A stretch of 64,000 nucleotides of DNA, taken from a virus. Its lineage: Duplodnaviria; Caudoviricetes. Under the pieces are notes generated by a model that did no database searches, had not been told where the DNA came from, and saw nothing but the letters and a program-made list of their open reading frames with translations. Positions 45,521 through 55,158 of this stretch are shown here, piece after piece. Each line of letters begins with the position of its first letter. Positions within the stretch are counted from its first letter, which is position 1. A program made the translations under genes and the position numbers. The stretch lies in IMG/VR virus record IMGVR_UViG_3300022752_000014; one strand, written 5' to 3'.

Positions 45521-47455
45521 ATGTCTTACACCACGAGGGCGCTCGCAGCAGCGTCTGCCCTTCTGCTTGGGGCTCCAACTGCAGTCTTAGCACACACCAA
45601 CTCTATCGGATATGTTGGTGGGGGAAATGGATCGGTTACCTTCTGGTATGGTAACTGGCACCCAGGAACTACCTTCAACGAAGGAACCCTAACCTTACAA
45701 GGTATCAACGGGACTAATTTTTCCGCAACAACCGTAAACTGGACTTTACTTTCATCAACAAGACCAGACGGTTTGATTAATGGTACAAACTATTTTACTT
45801 CTAATGGATCACAACTGGTTCCTTATGGAAGTAATAGTCAGGTATCATCGACTTGGCAGGGTGTAAGTTTTACTGGACTTGGCGCTGGTGATTATCAGTT
45901 TACCTATAATGCTGCTGGATCTCCAACAGTCAACTGGATGCCTATGGATAATGTTATCCTTTCCAGCACTGTAACTCTTACTGCAGCAGCTCTTTCTGGT
46001 GATGCTGATGGAGATGGTATTAATGATGCAACAGGACAACCAGTAGCACCAGCAACTCCAACATTAGTATCTTCTGCTGCTGGAACTCCTATCATCACAA
46101 CTTCAACTAGCAGCGGTTCTAGAACTGAAACCAGCACCCAAGGTAGAACTGTGATGGGTACTGATGCTAATGGTAATCAGACAGAAACTTATTATACAGA
46201 TACAGTTGTAACGACCATTCCTACAACCACAACAGTTACAACTACAACTCCAACGACAGTTGATACTTATAGTGATGGTAGTACAGTAACTACTAACGGA
46301 ACATCATCATCATCTTCATCAACTTCGGATGCGGGTTCCGGAACTTCAGTAGTTACACAGGCAAGTGTTGCTGATTGGGTAAGAACTAGAACCTATGACG
46401 TTCAGAGAACTGCATATGCTCCTTCTGGTGCAGCACCAACAGTAACAGAGACCCATCGTTTTACTGCAACTGAAACTGAGGTTAAGCAAAAAGTTAATCA
46501 TCACACAACGACTGGAGTTACAACGCCAACAGTTAGAACTGTAACTACTACACCAGTTTATACAAAGGTTTATACTAATGGTTCTCCTGATGTGGTGACA
46601 ACTGATACTGCTGTTATTACATACGAAACCAGCACATCATATGCAGAGTATTATGCATCCAGAGATTACTTTGGACGTATTGATCAACTTGAAACCCTTG
46701 ATAATATGAGCGGTGCGATTAATGGACTTTTGAATCACGAACCATCAAGAACCAAACAAAAGTTTAGAGTATTTGAGAACAATAGATTTGTTCAATCCTA
46801 TAATGCTGATGGATACTCTGCTGATAGTAAAATCTTCGGTGGCGGATTTGAGTTAGATCTATCCAAAGGTTGGACTATTGGTTATCAATACAATAATGTC
46901 AATATCAATCTTCGTGGCGTAGATTCAACTGCAAAACAGAATAAAGATGTTCACGGAATTTTTAATACATTCCACGGCAACACTTTAACTTTGAATACAA
47001 ATGCTGCGATTGCAAACAGCAAGTACAACTATTCAAGAACAGTAGAGGGTGTTTTTAACAACCAAGGAGAAACAACTGGTTCTGAGTGGTGGGTGTCTAA
47101 TAGATTATATTTACATTTGACCAAGTGGTTACATCCTTTTGTTGGACACACTGTATCTAACTTGAAGAGAAATTCTTACACTGAGTCTGGTGATGTCAGA
47201 TCAGCAAGAAGTGTTAGCGAGTTCTCACAAACTACACACGTTGGTGAAGCAGGTGCTAAACTTGAAACCAGATTTGGTGGTAAGAAGAGAGATTTATTTG
47301 GCGTAAGTGTTGAAGGTGCTTATGCAACTGATAACTCTTATGGTGTAACTGCTTCTGTTGATTATAAAGAGATGTTGATTATTGAAGGTTCTCACGGTGT
47401 AAGTGATGGTGTTACAACAAATTCCATCGCTGGAAAGGTTAAATTTAGGTTCTAA
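45521..47455 (+). CDS. Secreted protein with Thr/Ser-rich stalk and autotransporter-like C-terminal beta-barrel
   Basis: Signal peptide; Thr-rich middle; amphipathic strands; ends KVKFRF. Confidence 0.7.
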   Translation: MSYTTRALAAASALLLGAPTAVLAHTNSIGYVGGGNGSVTFWYGNWHPGTTFNEGTLTLQGINGTNFSATTVNWTLLSSTRPDGLINGTNYFTSNGSQLVPYGSNSQVSSTWQGVSFTGLGAGDYQFTYNAAGSPTVNWMPMDNVILSSTVTLTAAALSGDADGDGINDATGQPVAPATPTLVSSAAGTPIITTSTSSGSRTETSTQGRTVMGTDANGNQTETYYTDTVVTTIPTTTTVTTTTPTTVDTYSDGSTVTTNGTSSSSSSTSDAGSGTSVVTQASVADWVRTRTYDVQRTAYAPSGAAPTVTETHRFTATETEVKQKVNHHTTTGVTTPTVRTVTTTPVYTKVYTNGSPDVVTTDTAVITYETSTSYAEYYASRDYFGRIDQLETLDNMSGAINGLLNHEPSRTKQKFRVFENNRFVQSYNADGYSADSKIFGGGFELDLSKGWTIGYQYNNVNINLRGVDSTAKQNKDVHGIFNTFHGNTLTLNTNAAIANSKYNYSRTVEGVFNNQGETTGSEWWVSNRLYLHLTKWLHPFVGHTVSNLKRNSYTESGDVRSARSVSEFSQTTHVGEAGAKLETRFGGKKRDLFGVSVEGAYATDNSYGVTASVDYKEMLIIEGSHGVSDGVTTNSIAGKVKFRF

Positions 47456-47489
47456 ATCCTAAATAAAAAGGACATCATCGCACAGACTG

Positions 47490-47831
47490 ATGGAAAACAA
47501 TAAGAAAGAAAAAGCTATGGGACAATTAATTCGTATTGCTATCTTGAGTTGGTCTGCTGCTCTCCTAACTGCTAGTTATGCAGGTATGCTCGCTAAAATG
47601 GATCCTACCTTCATTGCTACAGTCTTCACTGCTTCTGCTGCCACATTTGGTATTAATACGATGAAGAAAGGTGGAGAAGAAGACGAAAAGAAAGAAGAAC
47701 CACGTAGAGAAGAAGTTGTAGAAACCCCACCAGAACCACCAGCACCTACCGCTGAAGCACCTGCTGCAAGTCTTGAAGAAAGAGTTGAAGCACTTGAGGA
47801 AGGATTCGTTCAACCTCGCACAGGAGCCTAA
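47490..47831 (+). CDS. Two-TM membrane protein (holin candidate)
   Basis: Two hydrophobic helices, charged tail; late motif upstream. Confidence 0.6.
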   Translation: MENNKKEKAMGQLIRIAILSWSAALLTASYAGMLAKMDPTFIATVFTASAATFGINTMKKGGEEDEKKEEPRREEVVETPPEPPAPTAEAPAASLEERVEALEEGFVQPRTGA

Positions 47832-47947
47832 TGGCAAAGTCCGCAAACAAAGCAAAAAAAGGTGGAGCAGGCTCTGCTAATAACAAGAAGCAGAACTCTG
47901 GCAATGCTAATGCAAATAAAGCAAAAAATGGTGGAAAGAAAAAATGA
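47831..47947 (+). CDS. Lys/Asn/Ala/Gly-rich basic peptide (38 aa)
   Basis: MAKSANKAKKGGAGSANNKKQNSGNANANKAKNGGKKK*; AGGAG SD. Confidence 0.6.
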   Translation: MAKSANKAKKGGAGSANNKKQNSGNANANKAKNGGKKK

Positions 47948-47953
47948 GGTATT

Positions 47954-48148
47954 ATGCCAAGAGAATGGAATACTCCTATACGGGAACCTTGGAACCCTGT
48001 AATTAAAAAGTGTCTTGATGCTGTTGATGAACATATGCGACAGCATCTCAAGACAGGTGATGAGTGGCACTTTTCTCAAGCAGAAACCTTAAGAAAGTAT
48101 GTAAAAGATTTGAAAGTTTGGATACATAAACAAGAGGGGCGAGAATGA
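47954..48148 (+). CDS. Hypothetical protein
   Basis: 64 aa; GAGG SD. Confidence 0.65.
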   Translation: MPREWNTPIREPWNPVIKKCLDAVDEHMRQHLKTGDEWHFSQAETLRKYVKDLKVWIHKQEGRE

Positions 48149-48891
48149 AAAAATTCCTCACAGCAATTAGTTTATCATTAACTCTAGTTGCTCCATCAAC
48201 CGCAAACACAATACTCAAAAAACAACCCACCGTTCCAGCATACAGTCTGGCAGCGATGGGTTGTATGATTTTAAGAGAATGTACTGAAGGTGTAGAACAA
48301 CTCACAACACAATCAAAACTATTAGAAGATAAAAGTTTTGATGCGTTTAGAGATGAAATTAAATCTATTCTTGTTGGATTGGATAAACTTGGTGTTCCTG
48401 TATATGTTGGACCATCACGTTACTTCACGCCAAGAACAGTAGGTTTATACAAACCAGAGTACAATCGGTTCTTTGTAAACGAAGAACTACTCAAAGACCC
48501 TAGAGAGTTTCTAGGAACGATGAGACACGAAGGATGGCACACAGTCCAAGATTGTATGGGTGGTGGTCTGAAGACCTCCTTTATGGCACAGGTCCATCAA
48601 GATAGTGAGATCCCTGCCTGGGTAATGAAGATGACTAAACTTTCTTATGAAAGTATAGGTCAGGGTCGTGCAGTGCCTTGGGAAGCAGATGCTAACTGGG
48701 CAGAAGAACAATCAAATACTACAGCAAAGCACCTAGAAATGTGTGCCAAAGGTCCTTTGTGGGAACAGATCAGACCGACACCACTTACAATGGAATGGTT
48801 GATTGGTTGTGGATGGATGAAACCACAAGAAGGATATAAAGAATATACACCAAATAAGAAAGCGGATTATTGTGTAGAAGGTAAATACTGA
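48145..48891 (+). CDS. Secreted zincin-like protein
   Basis: Signal peptide; RHEGWH, PWEADA. Confidence 0.7.
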   Translation: MKKFLTAISLSLTLVAPSTANTILKKQPTVPAYSLAAMGCMILRECTEGVEQLTTQSKLLEDKSFDAFRDEIKSILVGLDKLGVPVYVGPSRYFTPRTVGLYKPEYNRFFVNEELLKDPREFLGTMRHEGWHTVQDCMGGGLKTSFMAQVHQDSEIPAWVMKMTKLSYESIGQGRAVPWEADANWAEEQSNTTAKHLEMCAKGPLWEQIRPTPLTMEWLIGCGWMKPQEGYKEYTPNKKADYCVEGKY

Positions 48892-49046
48892 TGCCACAAG
48901 ATTTTCCTTGGGGTGTAATTGCAATCTTGGGAACTGGTCTAGTATTTGTTTTGTATATTATTTACTACATATTAAAGTTAGCTAATGAGGAAATGAAAGA
49001 TGAAGAACCTAGCAATCATTCTGTCAGCGACAAGTCTGGCGATTAG
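48891..49046 (+). CDS. Single-TM small protein (51 aa)
   Basis: MPQDFPWGVIAILGTGLVFVLYIIYYIL... Confidence 0.5.
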   Translation: MPQDFPWGVIAILGTGLVFVLYIIYYILKLANEEMKDEEPSNHSVSDKSGD

Positions 49047-49209
49047 TGGAGCACTTTGTTATGGTGCTTATGTGACTTATAAGAGAGCAGAAGCAATTCT
49101 TAATAACCCAGAAGAGTTTGTTGGTAAGGTTGTAGAGAACCAAGTAAGTAAAGCATTTGAAAAGTTGCCTATTCCTAAACTAAATACTGAGAAGTTTAAA
49201 CTATTCTAA
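49000..49209 (+). CDS. Hypothetical membrane-anchored protein
   Basis: 69 aa, N-terminal hydrophobic. Confidence 0.6.
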   Translation: MKNLAIILSATSLAISGALCYGAYVTYKRAEAILNNPEEFVGKVVENQVSKAFEKLPIPKLNTEKFKLF

Positions 49210-49212
49210 CAA

Positions 49213-49626
49213 ATGGCTGACAAAGATCCTTACATTTATAGAATAAGAGAAATTCATAAGGTTGTAGATGGCGACACTATTGACGCTGATATTGATTTGG
49301 GTTTTGATATCTCCCTTACTAAGAGAATTCGTCTTGCTGGTGTCGATACCCCAGAGAGCCGCACAGCTGATGCGAATGAGAAAAAATATGGGCTCGAATC
49401 AAAAGAATGGTTGAAGCACCGTTGTGAGGGTGCTAAGAACATTCTAATCAAGACTGAACTTCCAGATTCTACTGAAAAGTATGGAAGAATCATTGGGCAC
49501 TTGTTTATTAATGATGAACCAACATCACTCAACGAGCAGATGATAGTTTCTGGATACGCCTGGGAATACGATGGGGGCACTAAAAAGAAGAACTTTGCCG
49601 AACTAGATGCGAAGCGTAAGAAATAA
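49213..49626 (+). CDS. Thermonuclease (SNase)-like protein
   Basis: VVDGDTI, IRLAGVDTPE, KYGRII. Confidence 0.85.
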   Translation: MADKDPYIYRIREIHKVVDGDTIDADIDLGFDISLTKRIRLAGVDTPESRTADANEKKYGLESKEWLKHRCEGAKNILIKTELPDSTEKYGRIIGHLFINDEPTSLNEQMIVSGYAWEYDGGTKKKNFAELDAKRKK

Positions 49627-50325
49627 TTATTTGTTGTGAGCTTTCCTGTATTGCTCTAACTTTTGTTTCTTGAACTCTTTCTTTAAAATCTTATTGACTT
49701 TCTTTTGATGTTCATAGGCAAAGAATAGTTGTAGCTCATAGTCAGTTACATCTCTATTCAATGCCTTTTTGATTTGTGCGAATATTCTTTCAACAACTGG
49801 CTTGAATTTCTTTACCATCCATTCCACCAAAGATTTGCCAACAAGAGCCGCAGCAACAGAAGCAGTAGCAGTGGTGCCAGCAAGAATAACCTGCTCTTTA
49901 GGTGGGATGGGAACTTCTCCGACGATTGGTACTTCAATGACGGGTACTCCTAGGTTTGTATTAGGTGTATTAGTTTCTTCAGCGATATTTTTATTTTCTT
50001 GTTTATCAATAACAGGAATTTGAACTTGAGGGACAACTGGTTTTGTATCAGGAAGTCCTCTATGTTTTTCTTGTTGTTCTTGTGTTTGTTTTTCTCTTTC
50101 TGCTTTTACAGCAGCATCGAACTCTTCCTGCGTTGGGACATTAACGGTTGGATACTTGATCCTTGTATCTGGCATCAGAATCACAGGAAGTTCCATACCG
50201 CGAACAACAGGAACTTCTACACCTTTATTGACTGGTGGATTGATTGTTGGTATTATGTTAGGTCCAGCAACATTAATATTTGGAGAATTAATATTACTTA
50301 TTGGTTGTATTTCCATTGACAACAT
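49627..50325 (-). CDS. Pro-rich protein with C-terminal TM
   Basis: ILAGTTATASVAAALVG. Confidence 0.65.
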   Translation of the reverse strand: MLSMEIQPISNINSPNINVAGPNIIPTINPPVNKGVEVPVVRGMELPVILMPDTRIKYPTVNVPTQEEFDAAVKAEREKQTQEQQEKHRGLPDTKPVVPQVQIPVIDKQENKNIAEETNTPNTNLGVPVIEVPIVGEVPIPPKEQVILAGTTATASVAAALVGKSLVEWMVKKFKPVVERIFAQIKKALNRDVTDYELQLFFAYEHQKKVNKILKKEFKKQKLEQYRKAHNK

Positions 50326-50872
50326 CCTGTACTCGTGGATATTTCACAACAATATCAGCACATATTTTTGCATATGGACTGTCAGGATGAAAACTAATTC
50401 CATTCTTGAGTGCTTCACCACACTTTAACAATCTCACAAGTTCAAAGTCTAATCTGGCTTTATCTGCCTCTGCTTGTTGTCTTGCAATTTCAACTCTTGC
50501 TCTTGATTTACATATCTCTGTAAGACTTCCATCAAGAGGAAAGTTAAAACCCATCGAGAATCCAGCATTTGCGCTATGAGTTTGATATGTGGTGGGATCT
50601 TTATCTCCATTTATATTTCCCATTACAAACGGAGATAAACTCATTGTTGGTCCTTGGCAACTCACTCCAGAACCATAAGTGTTCATAGCATAAGGACCCT
50701 GCAACACTTGAACTGCCTGGTTGGTTACATTACCAGTAGCAGATGCTGAGGGTCCTGCAATGTTTGTATTGCTAGGTGCTTGTTGTGCTAGTGCTGTCCC
50801 ACTTAAGATTATTGAGTAAAGACAGATATAGAGTTTGTTGTAGAATCGGTTGTAGTAGTTCTTTCGATCCAT
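50294..50872 (-). CDS. Secreted hypothetical protein (start uncertain)
   Basis: Signal-like ..LSGTALA; cysteines; coiled coil. Confidence 0.65.
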   Translation of the reverse strand: MDRKNYYNRFYNKLYICLYSIILSGTALAQQAPSNTNIAGPSASATGNVTNQAVQVLQGPYAMNTYGSGVSCQGPTMSLSPFVMGNINGDKDPTTYQTHSANAGFSMGFNFPLDGSLTEICKSRARVEIARQQAEADKARLDFELVRLLKCGEALKNGISFHPDSPYAKICADIVVKYPRVQDVVNGNTTNK

Positions 50873-51168
50873 GTTTCTTTAGCCACTCCAGGTCCAAGAT
50901 AAGTTTCACTAAACTGGAAAGGAGCACCTTGATTTACAATTGTATAATTCGCTCCTGGAGTAGGAGTTCCAGGAATATTGATATTTGTACCTGTTACTGT
51001 ATAAGACGTTCCAGTGGTATACTCTATTTGTTTAATGGTTTCTATGATTTCAGTATGAGATTTGGTCTCTGCTGTAATCGTCCCCCTTGTAAAATTAGGC
51101 ACAACCGTATTCGCTAAGGCGGGGGAGGAAAACCCTAGCAGCATCAGTGCCGCTAGGGTCCTTCTCAT
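50809..51168 (-). CDS. Secreted beta-rich protein
   Basis: Signal peptide; GAPFQFSET. Confidence 0.7.
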   Translation of the reverse strand: MRRTLAALMLLGFSSPALANTVVPNFTRGTITAETKSHTEIIETIKQIEYTTGTSYTVTGTNINIPGTPTPGANYTIVNQGAPFQFSETYLGPGVAKETWIERTTTTDSTTNSISVFTQ

Positions 51169-51644
51169 TTGAATACGCTCAATTCAATACTACGTTGTGC
51201 TGTAGCAGTGGTTCCAGGACCACCAGCAGTTACAGTAGCAACACCGGTGGGGGATAATGTACCCGCAAGAGTTCCTTTATCACCTGCTAACTGAGTAGTA
51301 GAGTTCCCATAAACATGGGGAGAAGCAATTGCTCCAGCAGAGACAGTTTCAGTGGTGACAACTGTATCTGCAGCATTTTTTGTTTCAGAAAAACTAAATG
51401 CTTGTCCAGCAGTATTGATGTCATAAGTTCCAGTTGTAGCAACCCCACCAAAAGTATTTCCGTTGGCTGTACCAACTTTAATGTTTGAACCAGAAACGGA
51501 ATAAGATGCTCCTATTCTTTCTGTTTGAATCGCTGCGCCCTGAACGCCTAATTGGATAGAGTCAGTGATTTTTGATGTAATTTCAGCAGCACTTACAGGA
51601 GTGATGAAGAATAACGAAAAGGCTAGTAGAAGTCTTTTCATTTT
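51165..51644 (-). CDS. Secreted beta-rich protein
   Basis: MKRLLLAFSLFFITPVSA; GQAFSFSET. Confidence 0.7.
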   Translation of the reverse strand, partial: KMKRLLLAFSLFFITPVSAAEITSKITDSIQLGVQGAAIQTERIGASYSVSGSNIKVGTANGNTFGGVATTGTYDINTAGQAFSFSETKNAADTVVTTETVSAGAIASPHVYGNSTTQLAGDKGTLAGTLSPTGVATVTAGGPGTTATAQRSIELSVFK

Positions 51645-51694
51645 TCTTGTGATGAACACTGCAAGTATTTAGCAGAGTGTCCCCATTTTGGGAC

Positions 51695-51723
51695 TTGACG
51701 CTTTCGGCAAACCGTAGTATGAT
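51695..51723 (+). promoter_or_regulatory. psbA promoter
   Basis: TTGACG-17-TATGAT, followed by ATAAATA. Confidence 0.7.
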
Positions 51724-51779
51724 AAATAGGTAAACAAATGTTACGGATTTCTCATAATTCTTAACATTGTCGAACACCC

Positions 51780-51880
51780 GTTAACCGAGACCTATGGGTG
51801 TATAAATCACGTCTCTCATATCCCCGCTGAGGGTGCGGGGAGCATAGTAACTCCACCATTCCCCTGATGGTCTTACTAAC
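51780..51880 (+). ncRNA. PhotoRC-II-like structured psbA leader
   Basis: GAGAC/GTCTC, CCCCGC/GCGGGG, ACCAT/ATGGT stems upstream of psbA. Confidence 0.65.
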
Positions 51881-51893
51881 TGTTTAAAAAAAA

Positions 51894-52973
51894 ATGACTG
51901 CTTCAATCGCTCAACAACGACAATCGAATACTTGGGAACAATTCTGCAGCTGGATCACCAGCACCGATAACCGCCTTTATGTGGGTTGGTTCGGCGTTCT
52001 GATGATTCCTTGCCTGCTTGCTGCAACAATCTGCTTCATCGTGGCGTTCATCGCCGCTCCCCCTGTGGACATCGATGGTATCCGTGAACCCGTTGCTGGT
52101 TCACTCATGTACGGAAACAACATCATCTCTGGTGCTGTGATTCCTTCGTCCAATGCTATTGGACTGCACTTTTACCCCATCTGGGAAGCTGCTTCCCTAG
52201 ATGAGTGGCTTTACAACGGTGGACCTTTCCAACTGGTAGTCTTCCACTTCCTCATCGGCATCTATGCTTATATGGGTCGTGAGTGGGAACTTTCCTACCG
52301 TCTTGGTATGCGTCCTTGGATTTGTGTTGCCTACAGCGCACCTGTTGCTGCTGCTTCTGCAGTGTTTCTTGTGTATCCTTTTGGTCAGGGTTCTTTCTCT
52401 GACGCGATGCCTCTGGGTATCTCTGGTACGTTCAACTATATGCTTGTGTTCCAGGCAGAGCACAACATCCTGATGCACCCCTTCCATATGCTTGGAGTTG
52501 CTGGTGTGTTCGGTGGTTCTCTGTTCAGTGCTATGCACGGTTCTCTGGTTACTTCTTCTCTGGTTCGTGAAACCACTGAGAACGAGTCCCAGAACTATGG
52601 TTACAAGTTCGGTCAAGAAGAAGAGACCTATAACATCGTTGCTGCACACGGTTATTTCGGACGCCTTATTTTCCAATATGCTTCCTTTAATAACTCCCGT
52701 TCGCTGCACTTCTTCCTTGCTGCGTGGCCTGTTGTAGGTATCTGGTTCACTGCTCTTGGTGTTAGCACTATGGCTTTCAACCTCAACGGCTTCAACTTCA
52801 ACCAGTCAGTTATCGACTCACAAGGTCGTGTATTGAACACCTGGGCTGATGTTCTGAACCGTGCTGGTCTTGGCCTAGAGGTGATGCATGAGCGCAACGC
52901 CCATAACTTCCCTCTGGACTTGGCAGCTGCAGAAGCGACTCCAGTTGCTCTTACTGCTCCAAGTATTGGATGA
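51894..52973 (+). CDS. psbA: Photosystem II D1, Glu130 (high-light-type)
   Basis: Full D1; YMGREWE; no intron. Confidence 0.99.
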   Translation: MTASIAQQRQSNTWEQFCSWITSTDNRLYVGWFGVLMIPCLLAATICFIVAFIAAPPVDIDGIREPVAGSLMYGNNIISGAVIPSSNAIGLHFYPIWEAASLDEWLYNGGPFQLVVFHFLIGIYAYMGREWELSYRLGMRPWICVAYSAPVAAASAVFLVYPFGQGSFSDAMPLGISGTFNYMLVFQAEHNILMHPFHMLGVAGVFGGSLFSAMHGSLVTSSLVRETTENESQNYGYKFGQEEETYNIVAAHGYFGRLIFQYASFNNSRSLHFFLAAWPVVGIWFTALGVSTMAFNLNGFNFNQSVIDSQGRVLNTWADVLNRAGLGLEVMHERNAHNFPLDLAAAEATPVALTAPSIG

Positions 52974-53322
52974 GTTTAGATAAAATCTGAACATTATCAC
53001 CTACTAATCCGAGAGCAGTGTTGCAATTATTACACAACACTCCTCGGATTTTTTCTGCAGTATGACAGTGGTCAATACATTTCTTTTCTGTAATGTCTCT
53101 GCCACATACTTGACAACTATCGTGCTTCATTAATTCTTGATACTCTGTCTCAGAAAGATTAAACTTTCTTCTCATGTATTCATGGGGTTTGTAATATTTT
53201 TTTCTTACTGATGTAGAACATTCTTTACATTTTGACTGGTGAGATATTTTTCCAGTTTTTAAAGTTCTCTTATGGAAATGATTAAAAGAAAGAGTTCTAT
53301 TACATACACTGCAGAGTTTCAT
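52951..53322 (-). mobile_element. Free-standing EndoVII-family homing endonuclease (F-CphI-like)
   Basis: CQVC...IDHCH...RGVLCNNCNTALG; convergent overlap with psbA. Confidence 0.85.
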
Positions 53323-53362
53323 ATTTGTAATGCGTATTTTCCATACATATTTAGGAGGATAA

Positions 53363-54424
53363 ATGGTTTCATCTACACTTTCACAACCAATTCAACAAAG
53401 GGGGTGGTTTGATGTCCTGGATGACTGGGTTAAACGTGATCGCTTCATATTTGTGGGTTGGTCTGGACTATTACTTTTTCCCACTGCTTATCTTGCCCTT
53501 GGTGGCTGGCTTACTGGCACAACGTTTGTTACAAGCTGGTACACCCACGGGTTGGCGTCTAGTTATCTTGAAGGGGCTAATTTCCTTACGGCTGCTGTGT
53601 CAACGCCTGCAGATTCTATGGGTCATTCTCTTCTTCTACTTTGGGGTCCTGAGGCTCAAGGGGATTTCGTCAGGTGGTTCCAACTTGGGGGACTCTGGCC
53701 TTTTGTGGCACTCCATGGGGCTTTCAGCCTGATTGGATTCATGCTTCGCCAGTTTGAGATTGCCCGTCTAGTAGGTATTCGTCCGTACAATGCGATTGCT
53801 TTTTCAGGTCCTATCGCTGTATTTGTATCTGTGTTCCTGATGTATCCACTGGGTCAATCTAGTTGGTTCTTTGCTCCCTCTTTTGGTGTCGCAGCAATCT
53901 TCAGGTTCCTTCTGTTCCTTCAGGGTTTCCACAACTGGACCCTCAACCCCTTTCATATGATGGGAGTTGCTGGTATACTAGGAGGAGCACTGCTCTGTGC
54001 CATTCACGGAGCTACTGTAGAGAATACACTTTATGAAGATGGTGATGCTTCAAACACTTTCAAGGGTTTTGAACCTACACAGGAAGAAGAAACGTATTCA
54101 ATGGTTACTGCAAACCGATTCTGGTCGCAGATTTTTGGAATTGCTTTTTCCAATAAGCGTTGGTTACATTTTTTCATGCTTTTTGTTCCCGTTATGGGTC
54201 TCTGGACTAGTTCTATTGGGATTATTGGTTTGGCTCTCAATCTTAGGGCCTATGATTTTGTAAGTCAGGAAATTCGTGCTGCTGAGGATCCGGAATTTGA
54301 GACCTTCTACACGAAAAATATACTGCTCAACGAGGGACTACGTGCTTGGATGGCTCCAGTAGATCAGATTCACGAGAATTTTGTCTTTCCAGATGAAGTT
54401 CTTCCTCGTGGAAATGCCCTCTAA
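53363..54424 (+). CDS. psbD: Photosystem II D2
   Basis: Full D2 ending PRGNAL; AGGAGG SD. Confidence 0.99.
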   Translation: MVSSTLSQPIQQRGWFDVLDDWVKRDRFIFVGWSGLLLFPTAYLALGGWLTGTTFVTSWYTHGLASSYLEGANFLTAAVSTPADSMGHSLLLLWGPEAQGDFVRWFQLGGLWPFVALHGAFSLIGFMLRQFEIARLVGIRPYNAIAFSGPIAVFVSVFLMYPLGQSSWFFAPSFGVAAIFRFLLFLQGFHNWTLNPFHMMGVAGILGGALLCAIHGATVENTLYEDGDASNTFKGFEPTQEEETYSMVTANRFWSQIFGIAFSNKRWLHFFMLFVPVMGLWTSSIGIIGLALNLRAYDFVSQEIRAAEDPEFETFYTKNILLNEGLRAWMAPVDQIHENFVFPDEVLPRGNAL

Positions 54425-54435
54425 TATTATTTTTA

Positions 54436-54463
54436 TATAAATAGTATTGCGAGAGGCAATGCT
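54436..54463 (+). promoter_or_regulatory. Late promoter overlapping RBS-containing hairpin
   Basis: TATAAATA; AGTATTGC-GAGAG-GCAATGCT. Confidence 0.7.
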
Positions 54464-54466
54464 ACT

Positions 54467-55033
54467 ATGGTTTGGAACAAAGGATTAAAAAATGACCCCC
54501 GATTAAAAGGGGGTCGTCCAAAATCAAGTCTCTCATATGTCGGTAAGACTTATGGGAGACTTACTATTTTGGAACAATATAGTCACAAAAAAAGTATAAG
54601 ATTTAAATGTCGTTGTGAGTGTGGAAATATTACTGATGTTCGCAAAGATAATTTAATAACAAAAGCAGATACTGTTTCTTGTGGGTGTAGATTGGAAGAA
54701 CTTCACCAAGAAAGAAGAGAAAAAGGTATTGATGAAGTTTCTGCTATGTGGTCTAGGGCAAAATATAGAGCAAGACAAAAGGGAATGGAGTTTACAATAG
54801 AACAAAAAGATATTATAATCCCAGATGCTTGTCCTTTACTTGGAATACCATTAGTTTTTCATAGGGGTAAAGGAAGTCAGCAGGGAAACTCTCCATCGTT
54901 AGATCGCATTGATTCTTCCAAAGGATACATAAAAGGTAATGTATGGGTTATCAGTAATAGAGCAAACACCCTCAAGAACGATGCCTCCCTACACGAACTT
55001 GAACTCCTGGTAGAAAACTTAAAGAAACTATGA
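54467..55033 (+). mobile_element. Free-standing HNH-type homing endonuclease
   Basis: YGRLTILE..CRCECG..SCGC; SLDRIDSSKGY..GNV..IS..AN. Confidence 0.8.
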
Positions 55034-55158
55034 TATCTTCCACTACACCTTATAAACTCGCAGAGATCATTCGGGACACTTGGCCCAACCTTTACAGAAA
55101 ACCCCAAGTGCCCTATAATAAAGAAAAAGAACAGGATGATGAACAAGTACAACAGTGA
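55030..55158 (+). CDS. Hypothetical protein (42 aa)
   Basis: MISSTTPYKLAEIIRDTWPNLYR... Confidence 0.55.
   Translation: MISSTTPYKLAEIIRDTWPNLYRKPQVPYNKEKEQDDEQVQQ
55091..55119 (+). promoter_or_regulatory. Sigma70-type promoter
   Basis: TTTACA-17-TATAAT. Confidence 0.65.

Noticed and set aside
52197-52897. Minus-strand and off-frame ORFs within psbA
   Set aside because: Shadows of a highly conserved gene
51894-54424. Group I introns in psbA or psbD (also nrdA, nrdB; inteins in gp41, gp61)
   Set aside because: All are continuous ORFs of expected length
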